A stretch of 64,000 nucleotides of DNA from Octopus vulgaris (Eukaryota), in the NCBI GenBank assembly GCA_951406725.2, contig OX597819.1, positions 89,156,001-89,220,000 on the forward strand, read 5' to 3'. Position 1 is the stretch's first letter; each line of letters begins with the position of its first letter. Positions 1 to 11,305 of this stretch are shown piece by piece. Position numbers and translations under genes: made by a program. A model generated the notes under the pieces. That model was given only the letters and a program-made list of their open reading frames with translations, ran no database searches and had not been told where the DNA came from.

Positions 1-378
1 TACATTTTAATGACCTAGTTATCAAAGCTGACTCAATTCAAAGAATTAAAAGAATTAGGATAAGTTCCAAATATAGGTGCAGAATCTTAGAATCAAATAA
101 TCTAAACATAAACCTAGCAAAGATAAAGGTCTTATGCAGCAAGAGAGAATACTGAAATCTATTGCCATCTGGAAAATAACCAAACTCAATATAAAGAAGT
201 ACAGCTTGGGTATACAGTGAAAACCCTAAGCTGCAGGATCTTGGGTCGGCTGACAGAGGAAATTAGCACATAGCAGATGTACAAGGGCGGGTAGCAGAAA
301 GAGTACCTATGAATATTAATGACTTGTAGGGATGTGGTGTTTCATTATGCAACCATAATATACTATAAAGTATATTAA

Positions 379-657
379 ATCATCATCATCATCATCGTTT
401 AACATCTGTTTTCCATTCTAGCATGGGTTGGATGGTTTGACCGGGGTCTGGGAAGCTAGGAGGCTTCTCAAGGCTCCAGTCTGATCTGGCAGTGTTTCTA
501 CAGCTGGATGCCCTTCCTAACGCCAACCGCTCCGTGTGTGCAGTGGGTGCTTTTTACATGCCACCGGCACAGGTGCCAGGGGAGGCTAGCAACGGCCACG
601 ATCGGTTGGTGGTTTTTACGTACCACCGACACGGAAGCCAGTCAAGGCGGCGCTGGC
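379..657 (-). mobile_element. SINE-like retroposon, family B (RTE-related body, (GAT)n tail)
   Basis: Reverse strand reads GGTTGGCGTTAGGAAGGGCATCCAGCTGTAGAAAC ... CCATGCTAGAATGGAAAACAGATGTTAAACGATGATGAT. Homologous to copies at 10888, 22742, 48625, 50424 and 57095. Confidence 0.85.
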
Positions 658-711
658 TTATAAATCAATACCATGGTCTACAGTGTTAGCAGTGCATTTT
701 ACATCACTTGT

Positions 712-992
712 TAGAAATTACAGCCAGCATTGAATTTTGTTACATTTTGTATCCGAGATGTCAGATGTAAACAAACAACATAATTGGTATGTCTAATAAT
801 GTTACACTGTTGCATTTAGTGACTATTTAAGCAATGTGTTCATGGATGATTAAGGGTGCTGATGAAGGAGCAAAAACTCCCGAAACATGGCATATATGCT
901 CATTATCCTTTTACCATCTTTGATCTCATTGTTTGTTTACATCTGATGTCTCAGATACTAAATGTTGTTACAAAAATCAGTGCTAATTTCTA
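712..992 (+). mobile_element. Penelope-like remnant: inverted repeats enclosing a degenerate minimal hammerhead motif
   Basis: Arms 712-778 and 929-992 are reverse complements (29-bp core, 3 mismatches). Between them is CTGATGA-A-GGAG-caaaaa-CTCC-C-GAAAC at 859-886. Confidence 0.5.
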
Positions 993-1007
993 TAGAATAT
1001 CTATAAC

Positions 1008-1376
1008 AATCATCATCATTATCCAGTGTTTAAATCTGGGTTTTGTCTCTATTAACAGGGGTGACAGGATCTACCTCAATGCCAGAGCAACTACCCTCAC
1101 ACCATCTCACCATCTTGCCCGGTTTTAGGCCTCCTCCTTTTTCAAACCAACCCTCTCAATCTCCTCTTCCACCTGTACTCTCCACCTTTTCCTTGGTCTG
1201 CCTCACTTTTGTGCTCCGTTTACCACAAACACAATCACCCTCCTCAGAACATGCTCTTCATCCCTCCTCAACACATGCCCATACCACATCACTCCATTCC
1301 ACTGATTCCTCCAATCCCAGCATTCTCATCAAATCCTCAGTCCTCCTCTTATCAAACAGCTTCACTCCACACATTT
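1008..1376 (-). mobile_element. RTE-clade LINE, 3' fragment (pseudogenised ORF end plus (GAT)n tail)
   Basis: Minus-strand translation: MCGVKLFDKRRTEDLMRMLGLEESVE / NGVMWYGHVLRRDEEHVLRRVIVFVVNGAQK*GRPRKRWRVQVEEEIERVGLKKEEA*NRARW*. These are the WxGHVxR and GRPRKRW motifs of the RTE C-terminus, with one frameshift and stops. Confidence 0.9.
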
Positions 1377-1379
1377 CTA

Positions 1380-1589
1380 ATTTCTTTACTGCCCACAAGG
1401 GGCTACACACAGAGGGGACAAACAAGGACAGACAAATGGATTAAGTCGATTATATCGACCTCAGTGCATAACTGGTACTTATTTAATCGACCCCGAAAGG
1501 ATGAAAGGCAAAGTCGACCTCGGCGGAATTTGAACTCAGAACATAGCGACAGACAAAATACCACGTGCTAACGATTCTGCCAGCTTGCC
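1380..1589 (-). mobile_element. tRNA-derived SINE, family A
   Basis: Reverse strand has A box TGGCAGAATCG, B box GAGTTCAAATTCC and central GAGGTCGACTTTGCCTTTCATCCTTTCGGGGTCGA. About 20 copies in the window. Confidence 0.9.
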
Positions 1590-1644
1590 GTTACTTTCTC
1601 AGTTCTTCTCAACAAGTACCTATGAATTCTTTGAAATGTTTAGA

Positions 1645-2080
1645 CAGTGGCATAGCTAGGGTAAACCATGCCCAGGGCCAGCCACAAAAATGCGCTTGCC
1701 ACCTCCCCCATTTACAAAATCTACGATATATAGTACTTATTTGTTACAAGTAATTAATGTTTTAAAGCAATATTTTAGGAATAAATACTATACCAGGGTT
1801 CATTTACCTGCCAGTTTGGTACAGTCTGTAACTCAAAATATATTTTTTGAACGCTTACTTTTACGAAACTGCTTTATTTTAACCGTTTAATGCACCAGCT
1901 TCCCCGAATGGAACAGTAAAAGACCTAATGTGTGAAATGAGGTGTAATAAAAAAAAAATACAACTGTTTAAAGTTTCATTTTTCTTGCTTTTGATGAGGC
2001 ACCCCCCCCCTCACTTCAATAGGAGCCTGGAGCATGTGCCCCATCCCCCACTTGCCCTCCCACACCTAGTTACGCTACTG
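1645..2080. mobile_element. hAT-type MITE
   Basis: TIRs CAGTGGCATAGCTAGG / CCTAGTTACGCTACTG. Perfect 8-bp TSD TGTTTAGA at 1637-1644 and 2081-2088. Confidence 0.9.
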
Positions 2081-2108
2081 TGTTTAGAAGGCTTTCTGGA
2101 AATAATGA

Positions 2109-2290
2109 TTATTCTTTCTACTATAGGCACAAAGCCTGAAATTTGGGGGGGGGGGACTAATTAATTACATCAACCCCAAAGGATGAAAGGCAAAGTTGAC
2201 CTCGGTGGAATTTGAACTCAGAACATAAAGACTGACTAAAATGCCACAAACCATTCTGCCCAGCATGCTAACGATTCAGCCAGCTCGCCA
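2109..2290 (-). mobile_element. SINE family A (internally deleted)
   Basis: AAAGGATGAAAGGCAAAGTTGACCTCGGTGGAATTTGAACTCAGAAC ... GCCAGCTCGCC. Confidence 0.85.
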
Positions 2291-2395
2291 TCTCAATAAC
2301 TATAATAACAACAGCAACAATAATGATTTCTTTATTAACCTCAAAGGGTTTGCATTAAGAAAAACATTATGGACAATACAGGACAAAACAAAGAA

Positions 2396-2426
<31 letters not shown>

Positions 2427-4299
2427 AAGAAAGAGAGAGTGTGTGTGTTGTGAGAATAATAATAATAAAAATAATAAATAACAACAACTTGATCTTACAG
2501 CTGTCTTTTACCAAGATAGTTTGAGTACAGTGTGTTTCTATTTTTGTATAATACATCTCAGTTTATTTTCAAAATAATATTACTATGTAAAGATTTTAAT
2601 AGTAAAAAAAAATAACTGCCTTTATGTAAGAATTAAGCACTGGAAGCTTATTTTACTTTCTGACTATTCTTATAAAATAGAATTTCTTAGATTCACAACA
2701 AAATTAAAGAATTTGGACCATACCTTTGTAACTATATGAGTGGTAAGAAATTCAGGTAGATAAGTAGAGAGAGAGAGAGAGAGAGAGAGAGTATAAGAAA
2801 AAATTAATTCAGTATTTTTAATCCCAGCTTTATGATACTAAAATAACCAAAATGTACTTTGCCAAAATAGGTTCTGAACAAGATTAGTAGCAAAAAGCAA
2901 ATGATGGGAAGGGAGATGATGAAGAAAAACTTAGTTGGGGAGAAGAAAGTGCAGTCATCAATAAATTGTAATGCCTATAACCTTCAGAGACAGAAAGACA
3001 AAAACCATTGTAGATGATCAAAAGATTAAAATTGGTAAAAAGAAGTGAGGAAGAAAATAACTGAATATCAAAAGCAAAATAAATGAACATTTGAAGGAAT
3101 AAAGAACAATGTTTTTGAGGAACTTTTACAAAACCTGAATTCCCAAGATGGTTGAATGGATACTGAGGATTTGTCTTCAATGTCAGCTGAGAAGAATTTT
3201 AAAGACGAAAAGAAAGAAGAAAAAAAAAGGAAAAAGAAAAGGAAAGAAGAAAAATCATTCAAGTCAGGAAATCTGACAAGAAATGATACAGAAGGTTATT
3301 GTATGAAAATATAATTTATATATATATAGCCTGGATGGCTTCCACAGAGAGAGTGGCGATGATGATGGTAATGGTTGTGGTGGTGGTGGTGGTTGTAGTG
3401 GTGGTGGTGGCAGCAGCAGTGAATAAATGATACATGCAATGTGTCAAAGAAAAACCCATAGAATCAGCCTGAAGTAATTCCAGTCCTTATCATACCATAA
3501 GGTACCAGAAAAAAAGAAAACGGGAAAATACAAATAAAATACAGTAAAAGAAATAAAAAAAATAATCTGAAAACAATGCAATTTAAGAAATGCTTTCAGT
3601 GCATTTACTCCAGTCTATCTTTCAATTCAATCTTCAGATATATATATATATTATATAAGGGAGATTATACCTGCTAGTGGTGTCAAACAAACTTTAGAGT
3701 AGGTGGCAGCACATTTAATAAACTCAGCTAAGGTTTCAGTTAATGGCTTAACTTGTTGCTTTTCTATTCAATTCAAAGTTCATCTGATTTTCTAAAGAAG
3801 GATGCCAGCAATAATCAGTTGCATACTGCTTTTTCAAAATTGTAGAAGCTTACATTATGAGTTGTCTTGGAAACCAAGTTAGATATTTGCTTTTCTTTCC
3901 TTTCTTTTTTTTTTTTTGTGTATGTGTGTGTTATATTTTCTTTTTGTCTCCCTCAACCACCAGCCCCCGCATCTTTCTTCATTCAATGTATTTTGAATAG
4001 AAAACAAAAATATAGGGTGTTGAGTGAAAATGTTAAACTAATGTTTCTTTATTACAATTTACAAAGAAGCTGACATAAAACCAGTAGCAGCAGATAGCCA
4101 TTAGAACTCTCTTCTCTATCATATTGTTATAGATTATGTTACAGATTAAGGGAAAATTAGAAACTAAGAGATAACTAGGAAGATTGTAGAAAGGAAAGAA
4201 AAAAAAAAGGTAAAAGAACATGAAAAAATATATATATTTCTAATTCATAAATGCTATTCATTTATTTTCTAACAGTACTGGAATCTGAGTGAATCTATG

Positions 4300-4532
4300 A
4301 GAGAGCCTTTATACAATTGCTCTACCTGCTATAAATACCAGATAAATCTCTCAGAAATTACAGCCATCATGCTGTCTTTAAAAAAAAAAAGTAGAGAGAG
4401 AGAGAGATGCATTAAGTAGTTCTAAATATACTGTCTGAGAAACAAAACAAAGGTAGGATGGTCATGCCTGGAACACTTTCGATCATAGATCTATTCAGTC
4501 AAAACTGATTGGAGCGAAATAACAATAACAAC
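4300..4532 (+). mobile_element. Old interspersed repeat, family H (retroposon-like, (CAA)n tail)
   Basis: CCTGCTATAAATACCAG ... GATGGTCATGCCTGGAA ... AAATAACAATAACAAC. Related copies near 6505-6697, 13915, 15185, 16857, 36340, 37630, 55915 and 62358. Confidence 0.65.
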
Positions 4533-6854
4533 TAAAACTACAATATGAGAGCTTTAAATCAAGCCAAATCAATTTGGTACTACACTGCCAAATCAAAGAG
4601 TTCTAACTCTAAAATGCCTCAGTCGATAGAGCTGTAAATCTGTAACATTGATTATACAACTTATCAGTATTAGCAACAGTAACACTAATTTTCTTTTACT
4701 TTTCTATTTTAATCAAAGAAGTGCATTGACCATTATCTCCTCCAGCTCTTCTGAGACTGGTGCAAAGGGAGGAGGTTATCCTCAGATAGGAGACCTCATT
4801 TGAATGTTTGCAACACAGTGGGTTCCACTGAGGAGTATATTGTTAGCATATAATACTATTAGCATACAGTATATCATTATTAGTGTATGTGTGTGTTGGA
4901 GGAGAGGGATACATTGTCATGAGTATACAGTGTTGTTAGTATATACCAAAGCATGGGGTACCAAAGAGGGTCAGTACCTTTGGTAGGACTCCTTCTTACT
5001 CCATTTCAAGATATCTCATTAGCCACTGGCTCTCACCTGACAGCCAATTCTCATCTGCTCTTCCATAAACTGTCTGCAAATAGCAGTGTACCACCTTCAA
5101 TACAACATTTTAAGCACTCTGGTTAAACCAGGCTGAGGGTACCCAATGAGTGTTAAATTCTTGCTGAAATTCTGTAAGGGCTTGACATACTACAAGAATG
5201 AGACAGTTGGGTACGGCTGTTTGGACACTGATGATCTGACACAGCTGACTGGACAATCAATCTAGTTTTTTTTTTTTTTAACAGTTTGTTCTGCTACTGG
5301 AGGTTAAAGCAAACATGCACAAGTGCAAAGAAATGTACACATACAGAGAGAGAGAGGGGCATTACAATTTATTAACTGAGCACAATTGACATAAACACTT
5401 TCCCTCTCCTTGTACACATAAAGGGAAATACGCTCACACAAATAAACAGAAAGAGAGGGAGAGAAAATTAGATTCTAGTGGACATTGCTGAAGAAACCCA
5501 GCCATTGGTGATCGATCAAGCTTCAAAAAGCAGAAAGATGATATCCAGCATCATTAGTGCTAGATGGCCCTCATCATCTTGCTGTGTATCTAGTATATAT
5601 CCAGTCATCTAACCCTGACTGGCCACTGGTCCAGGAAGTGAAGGGCAAAAAAGTGTGGTTGGTCATTTGGAATGACTCTTCTTCACTATAATCCAAGTGG
5701 AACCAAGTCAGATTTCAACCTTTCAGTCCGATAGTTGAGGTACCACACATTAGTGCCATTTCCAGAGTCTCTTCACATGTCCACATACAAAATGTGTAGT
5801 ATAAGGCAGAAAGCAGTCTCAAATCTTTGGTTCCCTGTATAGCTGAGTCCTCCATTCCTGGTGCTCTTTAAGAAATGCTGTCAGTGTCAAAGAAGTGGAA
5901 TCTTGGTCATCTTCAAAAACGAAGGATGAACGAGATAGTTCAGAGTTCAAACTCACCCAGAAGTGTCCTTCAGAAGGTGCTTTCAACAAAGCTGACAGCC
6001 ACTTGTTACACTATGTGAAGATTATACACTACTTTTATAACCTAATAGGTTAACTTACATGCCCACTACAATGTAGACTAAAAGCCATTTCTTTTTTTTT
6101 TTCTTTCTCCAATATATGTCATTATGACCATTATTAACAAAGTGCACAAGTCTGTTATGTAATTTCGATACTTTATTAATCTAAAGTTACACCACAGAAA
6201 ACACTGTAGAATAGAGATAAGCTCTCAAAGAAGCAAGTCCATAATGCAATTTTTATTCCCAGTTATAATAACCCTTACACTCCACTTAATTTATATCATT
6301 AATACTCTTGAGAAAGACATGAACATCAAGAAGTCTCATTTCCTCTTTCCTATAAATGTTATACTGATGTAAGAAATCAATTTAACCGACACAATACATG
6401 CTTTTCAAAACATCTATTGCTCCACCTCATGAAATAGTTTACTTCTATCATCAAATGTTCCAACGGCTTTTTCCATCTTAGTATGTGACTTACAGCCAAT
6501 GGGGGGGAAACCTCTATGAGGTCTGTTGATATGCTAGAAATAGTAGACAAACTATACTGTCATCCTCAAAAAAGGATATATCAGTTAATGTAGCCCTAGA
6601 TGTTCTATGTAAGAAAAAAGGCAAAATGACCAAAGCTAGCATGACATTGGAAGTTCTGCTTGATCAGGGTTGACCTGAGGTTAAACAACATAACAACTTA
6701 GAAAGAAAATAATTATCAAAGTAGCAACATGCATTAAGAAAATAAACCAGATCTGAGAAACCACAAGAACATCTTAAAATACAAACATTTAGATATATTG
6801 AAAGCAATAAGCACTTACTAACTTAATCTAAGATCACAACTTCCACCACAAAGT

Positions 6855-7160
6855 CCTGTTCCTGTTGTAGTATGGTGGCTTAAGTGCCTCAATGAACCCT
6901 GAAAGCTATACCAGTGAAGTGCAAGCTTCTGGTAGGACCTTCCAAACTGGACAGGTCAAAGGACAGATTAATATGGGCCACCTCTTTCCAGAGGTAAAAA
7001 TGGGTTTGCTTAGGACCAACAGCCCTACTGAGAAAAATACAAAGTTACAGAAGCATTGATGACAATTCACTACCTACAAGACCTGGGAGAGGCAGTCCAG
7101 AGCTGAGAACAGTAGGAAAAAGACATTGATGGCCTATGCTCCATAGGGGATGATAGCCCT
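6855..7160 (+). mobile_element. Non-autonomous bipartite RTE derivative (5' UTR joined to 3' end)
   Basis: Homologous to 49298-49723: CTCAATGAACCCTGAAAGCTAT ... GGACAGGTCAAA ... CCACCTCTTTCCAGAGGTAAAAATGGGTTTG, ending GGCCTATGCTCCATAGGG. Confidence 0.7.
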
Positions 7161-7302
7161 CTATGGAACATAGGCTATATAGTATGAAAGTAAGATCACA
7201 ACTTAGAAATAATCCTTCTAATTTACATAGCTAACACGTGCTATTACATGGAGCGAAACAACTCCTCTCATAGTAGTCTGGCTAAGACAAGAAAACTTGC
7301 CA

Positions 7303-7650
7303 GAATGTGCATGGCTCAGTGGTTAGAGCATTGGGCTCACAATCATAAGGTAGAGAGTTCGATTCCTGGACTGAGCTATGTGTTGTGCTCTTGAGCAAGA
7401 CACTTTATTTCACGTTGCTCCAGCTCACTAAGCTGTAGAAATGAGTTGCAATATCACTGGTGCCAAGCTGTATCAGCCTTTGCCTTTCCTTTGGATAACA
7501 TCAGTGGTGTGGAGAGGGGAGGCTGGTATGCATGGGCGACTGCTGGTCTTCCATAAACAACCTTCTGTGGACTTGTGCCTCAGAAGGGAACTTTCTAGGT
7601 ACAATCCCACAGTCATTCATGACTGAAGCAAGTCTTTTACCCTTTTACCC
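7303..7650 (+). mobile_element. tRNA-derived CORE-type SINE, family D
   Basis: A box TGGCTCAGTGG, B box GAGTTCGATTCC, core CTTGAGCAAGACACTTTATTTCACGTTGCTCCAG. Second full copy at 55479-55809. Confidence 0.9.
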
Positions 7651-9524
7651 AGAATTAGAATTTTAAGAGCAGCACTACCATATCTGTTTTGTATGGAATG
7701 GCTATTCTTTGGGAAGCCTTTTTCAAGTAATGAGCTGCATGAGGCATGACTCATCATCAGACAGGCTGCACAACTCAAAAGTTTCAAGGTAAATTTTTGT
7801 TAAGTATACCATTCAGAATATCTCACAGGCTGCAAGTTGCCCATGACTGTCATAGACGATTGTTGTAGCTCTGAAATTGTTAAATATTTCATGGAGCACT
7901 TTGGAATACATTTGTTCTAGTTTTGTATGAACTGAATGCGTTCTTTACTTACACATAGGTATATACAAATCTGGCATGTATATGCATATATATTTTTACA
8001 GATATGCACACAAACACACAATTGTCACTCAGAATTGAGGATGACTTAGTAGAATGTGTACCGTGTTCTAATTGTTTTAAGTGCTTAGGCCATTGCAAGC
8101 AGACATGGACACCTTCTTAGTCCTCCCAGCCTTCACCTAGTGGAACATTCACAATGTGACAGCTTAGGACAACATCAGCACTCAGTGTTCCATTTCAGCT
8201 GAGCAGACTGGAGTAATGTGAAATGAAGCCTCTTTCTCTGCACACTGTACAATGCACTTTTAAGTCCAGGAAGTGAACTAACAACCTCATGGATCATGAG
8301 CCCAACATCCTATCCACTAGGTCACATCACCTAAAAGCCTACTTTGAATACTTCACAAGTGAGACTGCATGATGTCCATGCACAAAACACTCAGCACTCA
8401 ATGGCTCAGTTCACTTAGCTTATAAATAGGTGCAATGTGTAGGTACAGTCCATTGCCATAATAATGAATGACATTACTGACTCCAAAACCATAGAATATT
8501 TTTTTGTTTCAACAAACCATTACATGATCCATTTCTGGAGAAGAGACAGATATGACCAATAGTATTATTTATTACTCAATATATGCTAAAAATGGTACAC
8601 CACAGATGCTTCTCAATTACGAAAGTAAATACCGTTTCCAGTAACTTCAAGTAATTTTCATATACATTAATAATACCAGTATGTTCATTAGTATTCAAAC
8701 GAAAGAAATAAAACAATATAACCAATTTCAAGTCAGCAGAGGAATTTTAGCAACAAATCCTGTGATAATACTAATAGCAAAAGAGCACACAAATAACACA
8801 CAACTCATATCTTTATTTTTGATATTTCTGTTTCATTTCTTGCAATCAGTATTCTGCTATCTTTTAATGTTCTGTTGCTTCTTCTTCTTTTTCTTCTTCT
8901 GTTCCTCAAATCAGCTATATCTAACAAAGCAATCGTTTATTATTCCATTGCACTTTGAAATTATGCAAAAGTCTAAGAATAAAATCCTCAGCTAAGCTTT
9001 TCTTGAGGGCAGATTTAAAAAGCTAATTCCATTGCCAGTAGCTAATTTTCTAGCATTCACGTGTTCTTGAGTCAAAAATAAGACATAATTGGGAGCTTAT
9101 ATCGGTGGCAAGGAGTTGGGAATGGCTGAGTAAACAGTAGCGGTACACACTAGTTATATATTTTGTTTTGTTTGTGTTCAAGAACTGATGCAAACTTTTT
9201 CAGGCTGCAGCACCCTTGGCACCCAGGTCACATCACCTAAAACCCCCACCACAACTGACCTTCATAAACCTAGACCACTTTCTACAGCAAAATAAAAAAA
9301 GAAAATTGTATTTCACATATAAAACTTAAACTAATTAACCCATCGTTTTTCTTTTGGGGGAAGGGGGGATCACATCCATCGCCTCCTTTTGGCCACCCTA
9401 TTATCACCCCACTCTTCTTCAATGCCCCCACCCCTGAATCTTTCCACTACACCCGGAGGGGTGGCAGTACCGCCCATTTTCGGAAGCACTGCATTACACT
9501 ATCAAACATTTCCTGAGGAGTTAT

Positions 9525-10245
9525 GTATGGGTTTGACAAGATATATATGTGTGTATGTGTATGGAGGGGGTGTACCTTTGTCTTGACATCATGGGGTAGT
9601 TGTAAATGAGCATCACAGTCATACAAGCGATACTTGTTTCCAATCTTCCGTAGTAAACATATCTGGCCATGGGAAATATTTATCTGAAAACAGGTAAGGG
9701 CTGGTAACAGGAAGGGTATCAGGCTGTAGAATACCTGCCTCAACAAATTTTGTCTGACCCACGCAAGCATGGAACAATGTATATCATTGGTGTTGAGGGT
9801 GATGATTTTTATATGTATACTAGTCATAGTGTATTCAATAAGAGAACAGAATATAAAGTATATTTCCCATGACCAGATATGTTTACTACAGAAGACTGGA
9901 AACAAGTACCGCTTGTATGACAGTGATGCTCATTTACAACCACCAAATGATGTCAAGACAAGGGTACACCCCCTCCATACACATACACACATATATCTTA
10001 TTTCTTTATTGCCCACAAGGGGCTAAACATAGAGGGGACAAACAAAGACAGACCCCAGTGCATAACTGGTACTTAATTTATCGACCCAGAAAGGATGAAA
10101 GGTAAAGTTGACCTTGGCGGAATTTGAACTCAGAACGTAATGGCAGACGAAATACCACTAAACATTTTACCCGGCGTGCTAACGTTTCTGCCAGCTCGCC
10201 ACCTTATATATATATCACACACACATATATCTTGTCAAACCCATA
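9525..10245. repeat. Local inverted duplication (~150-bp arms), right arm split by a SINE
   Basis: 9525-9678 is the reverse complement of 9861-9999 plus about 10221-10245. The ORF track shows the same pseudo-peptide (GNKYRLYD.DAHLQ...HPLHTHTHIY) on both strands. Confidence 0.85.
10000..10204 (-). mobile_element. SINE family A
   Basis: Family A sequence flanked by duplicated ACACACATATATCTT. Confidence 0.9.
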
Positions 10246-10784
10246 CCAACATGAAAAACGGACATTAAAGGATGATGATGATGATACATACAAGCACACA
10301 TATATACACCAATAGTAAGTTACCTCTTGATTCTGGTCATCATAATTGAGAAGTCATTTTCTCTACTTATTTGACATATGATTCATTTTCAAAGAAAGTA
10401 TAGTCTTTTATTTGACACTGCCAATGAGATGGAAAGAACAAGTGCTGTCAAGGAGCTTTAGGCTCCAAATAAGCCACAGATATATAAAACTTGATTTTTA
10501 TATCTGTCTGCAGTGACATCTCTTTCCATTCTCAATTTGTCTCAAAAATGTTCTTGAAAAAAAAATAATAAAAAAAATAAAAACCTGAACACTAAGCAAT
10601 GTTATTTCTTCTCTTCTAGAACCTGAAACTTTTAAATAATTGGTATAAGTTAATGGAACAAATACAGAAGACCAGATACAAAAGGTGATAAATTCAAAAG
10701 GTGTTTCCCAATCTTTTTCACAAAATGACCGCTAAAAGCACTTGGATACTCATTCCTACTCGTTAATATTATACATAAGTAATA

Positions 10785-11305
10785 ATTATTTCAAATTTAT
10801 GCCACAAAAGCAGCTTGGGGAGGTTGGGATTTGTTGATTACATCGACTCCAGTATTCAACGGGTACTTATTTTATCGACCCTGATGAAAAAAGCACCATC
10901 CAAACACGGTTGATGCCAGTGCCACCTTCACTGGCTTCTGTACCGGTGGCACGTAAAAAGCACCAACCAATTATGGCCGCTGCCAGCCTCCCCTGGTACC
11001 TGTGCTGGTGGCACATAAAATGCACCCACTACACTCATGGAGTGGTTGGCATTAGGAAGGGCATCCAGCTGTAGAAACACTGCCAGATCAGACTGGAGCC
11101 TGGTGCAGCCTCCTGGCTTCCCAGACCCCGGTCAAACCGTCCAACCTGTGCTAGCATGGAAAACGCGTTAAACGATGATGATAATGATGAAAAGATAAAA
11201 GCCAAAGTAAAACCTCAGCGGAATTTGAACTCAGAATGTAGCAACAGGTGAAATATCACTAAGCATTTCGTCCAGCATGCTAACAATTGTGCCAGCTTGC
11301 CACCT
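10785..11305 (-). mobile_element. SINE family A interrupted by a family B insertion
   Basis: Family A sequence stops at TTATCGACCC (about 10881) and resumes at AAAGATAAAAGCCAAAG (about 11191). Confidence 0.75.
10888..11190 (+). mobile_element. Family B retroposon, nested
   Basis: Two full GCCAG..CTGG / GGTGGCAC..AAAA.GCACC modules, GGAAGGGCATCCAGCTGTAGAAAC and a (GAT)n tail. TGATGAAAA occurs at both junctions. Confidence 0.9.

Noticed and set aside
1043-1444. 133-aa Ser/Pro-rich plus-strand ORF
   Set aside because: It is the antisense reading of the RTE LINE fragment.
5460-6000. Possible retroelement coding remnant
   Set aside because: Composition is suggestive, but I could not read a convincing protein motif in the frames I tried.
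10975-11030. HDV-like ribozyme in the family B module (GCC-TCCCCT-GG resembles HDV P3/L3)
   Set aside because: L3 is short, P1 does not directly follow P3, and there is no P4 or J4/2 with the catalytic C.
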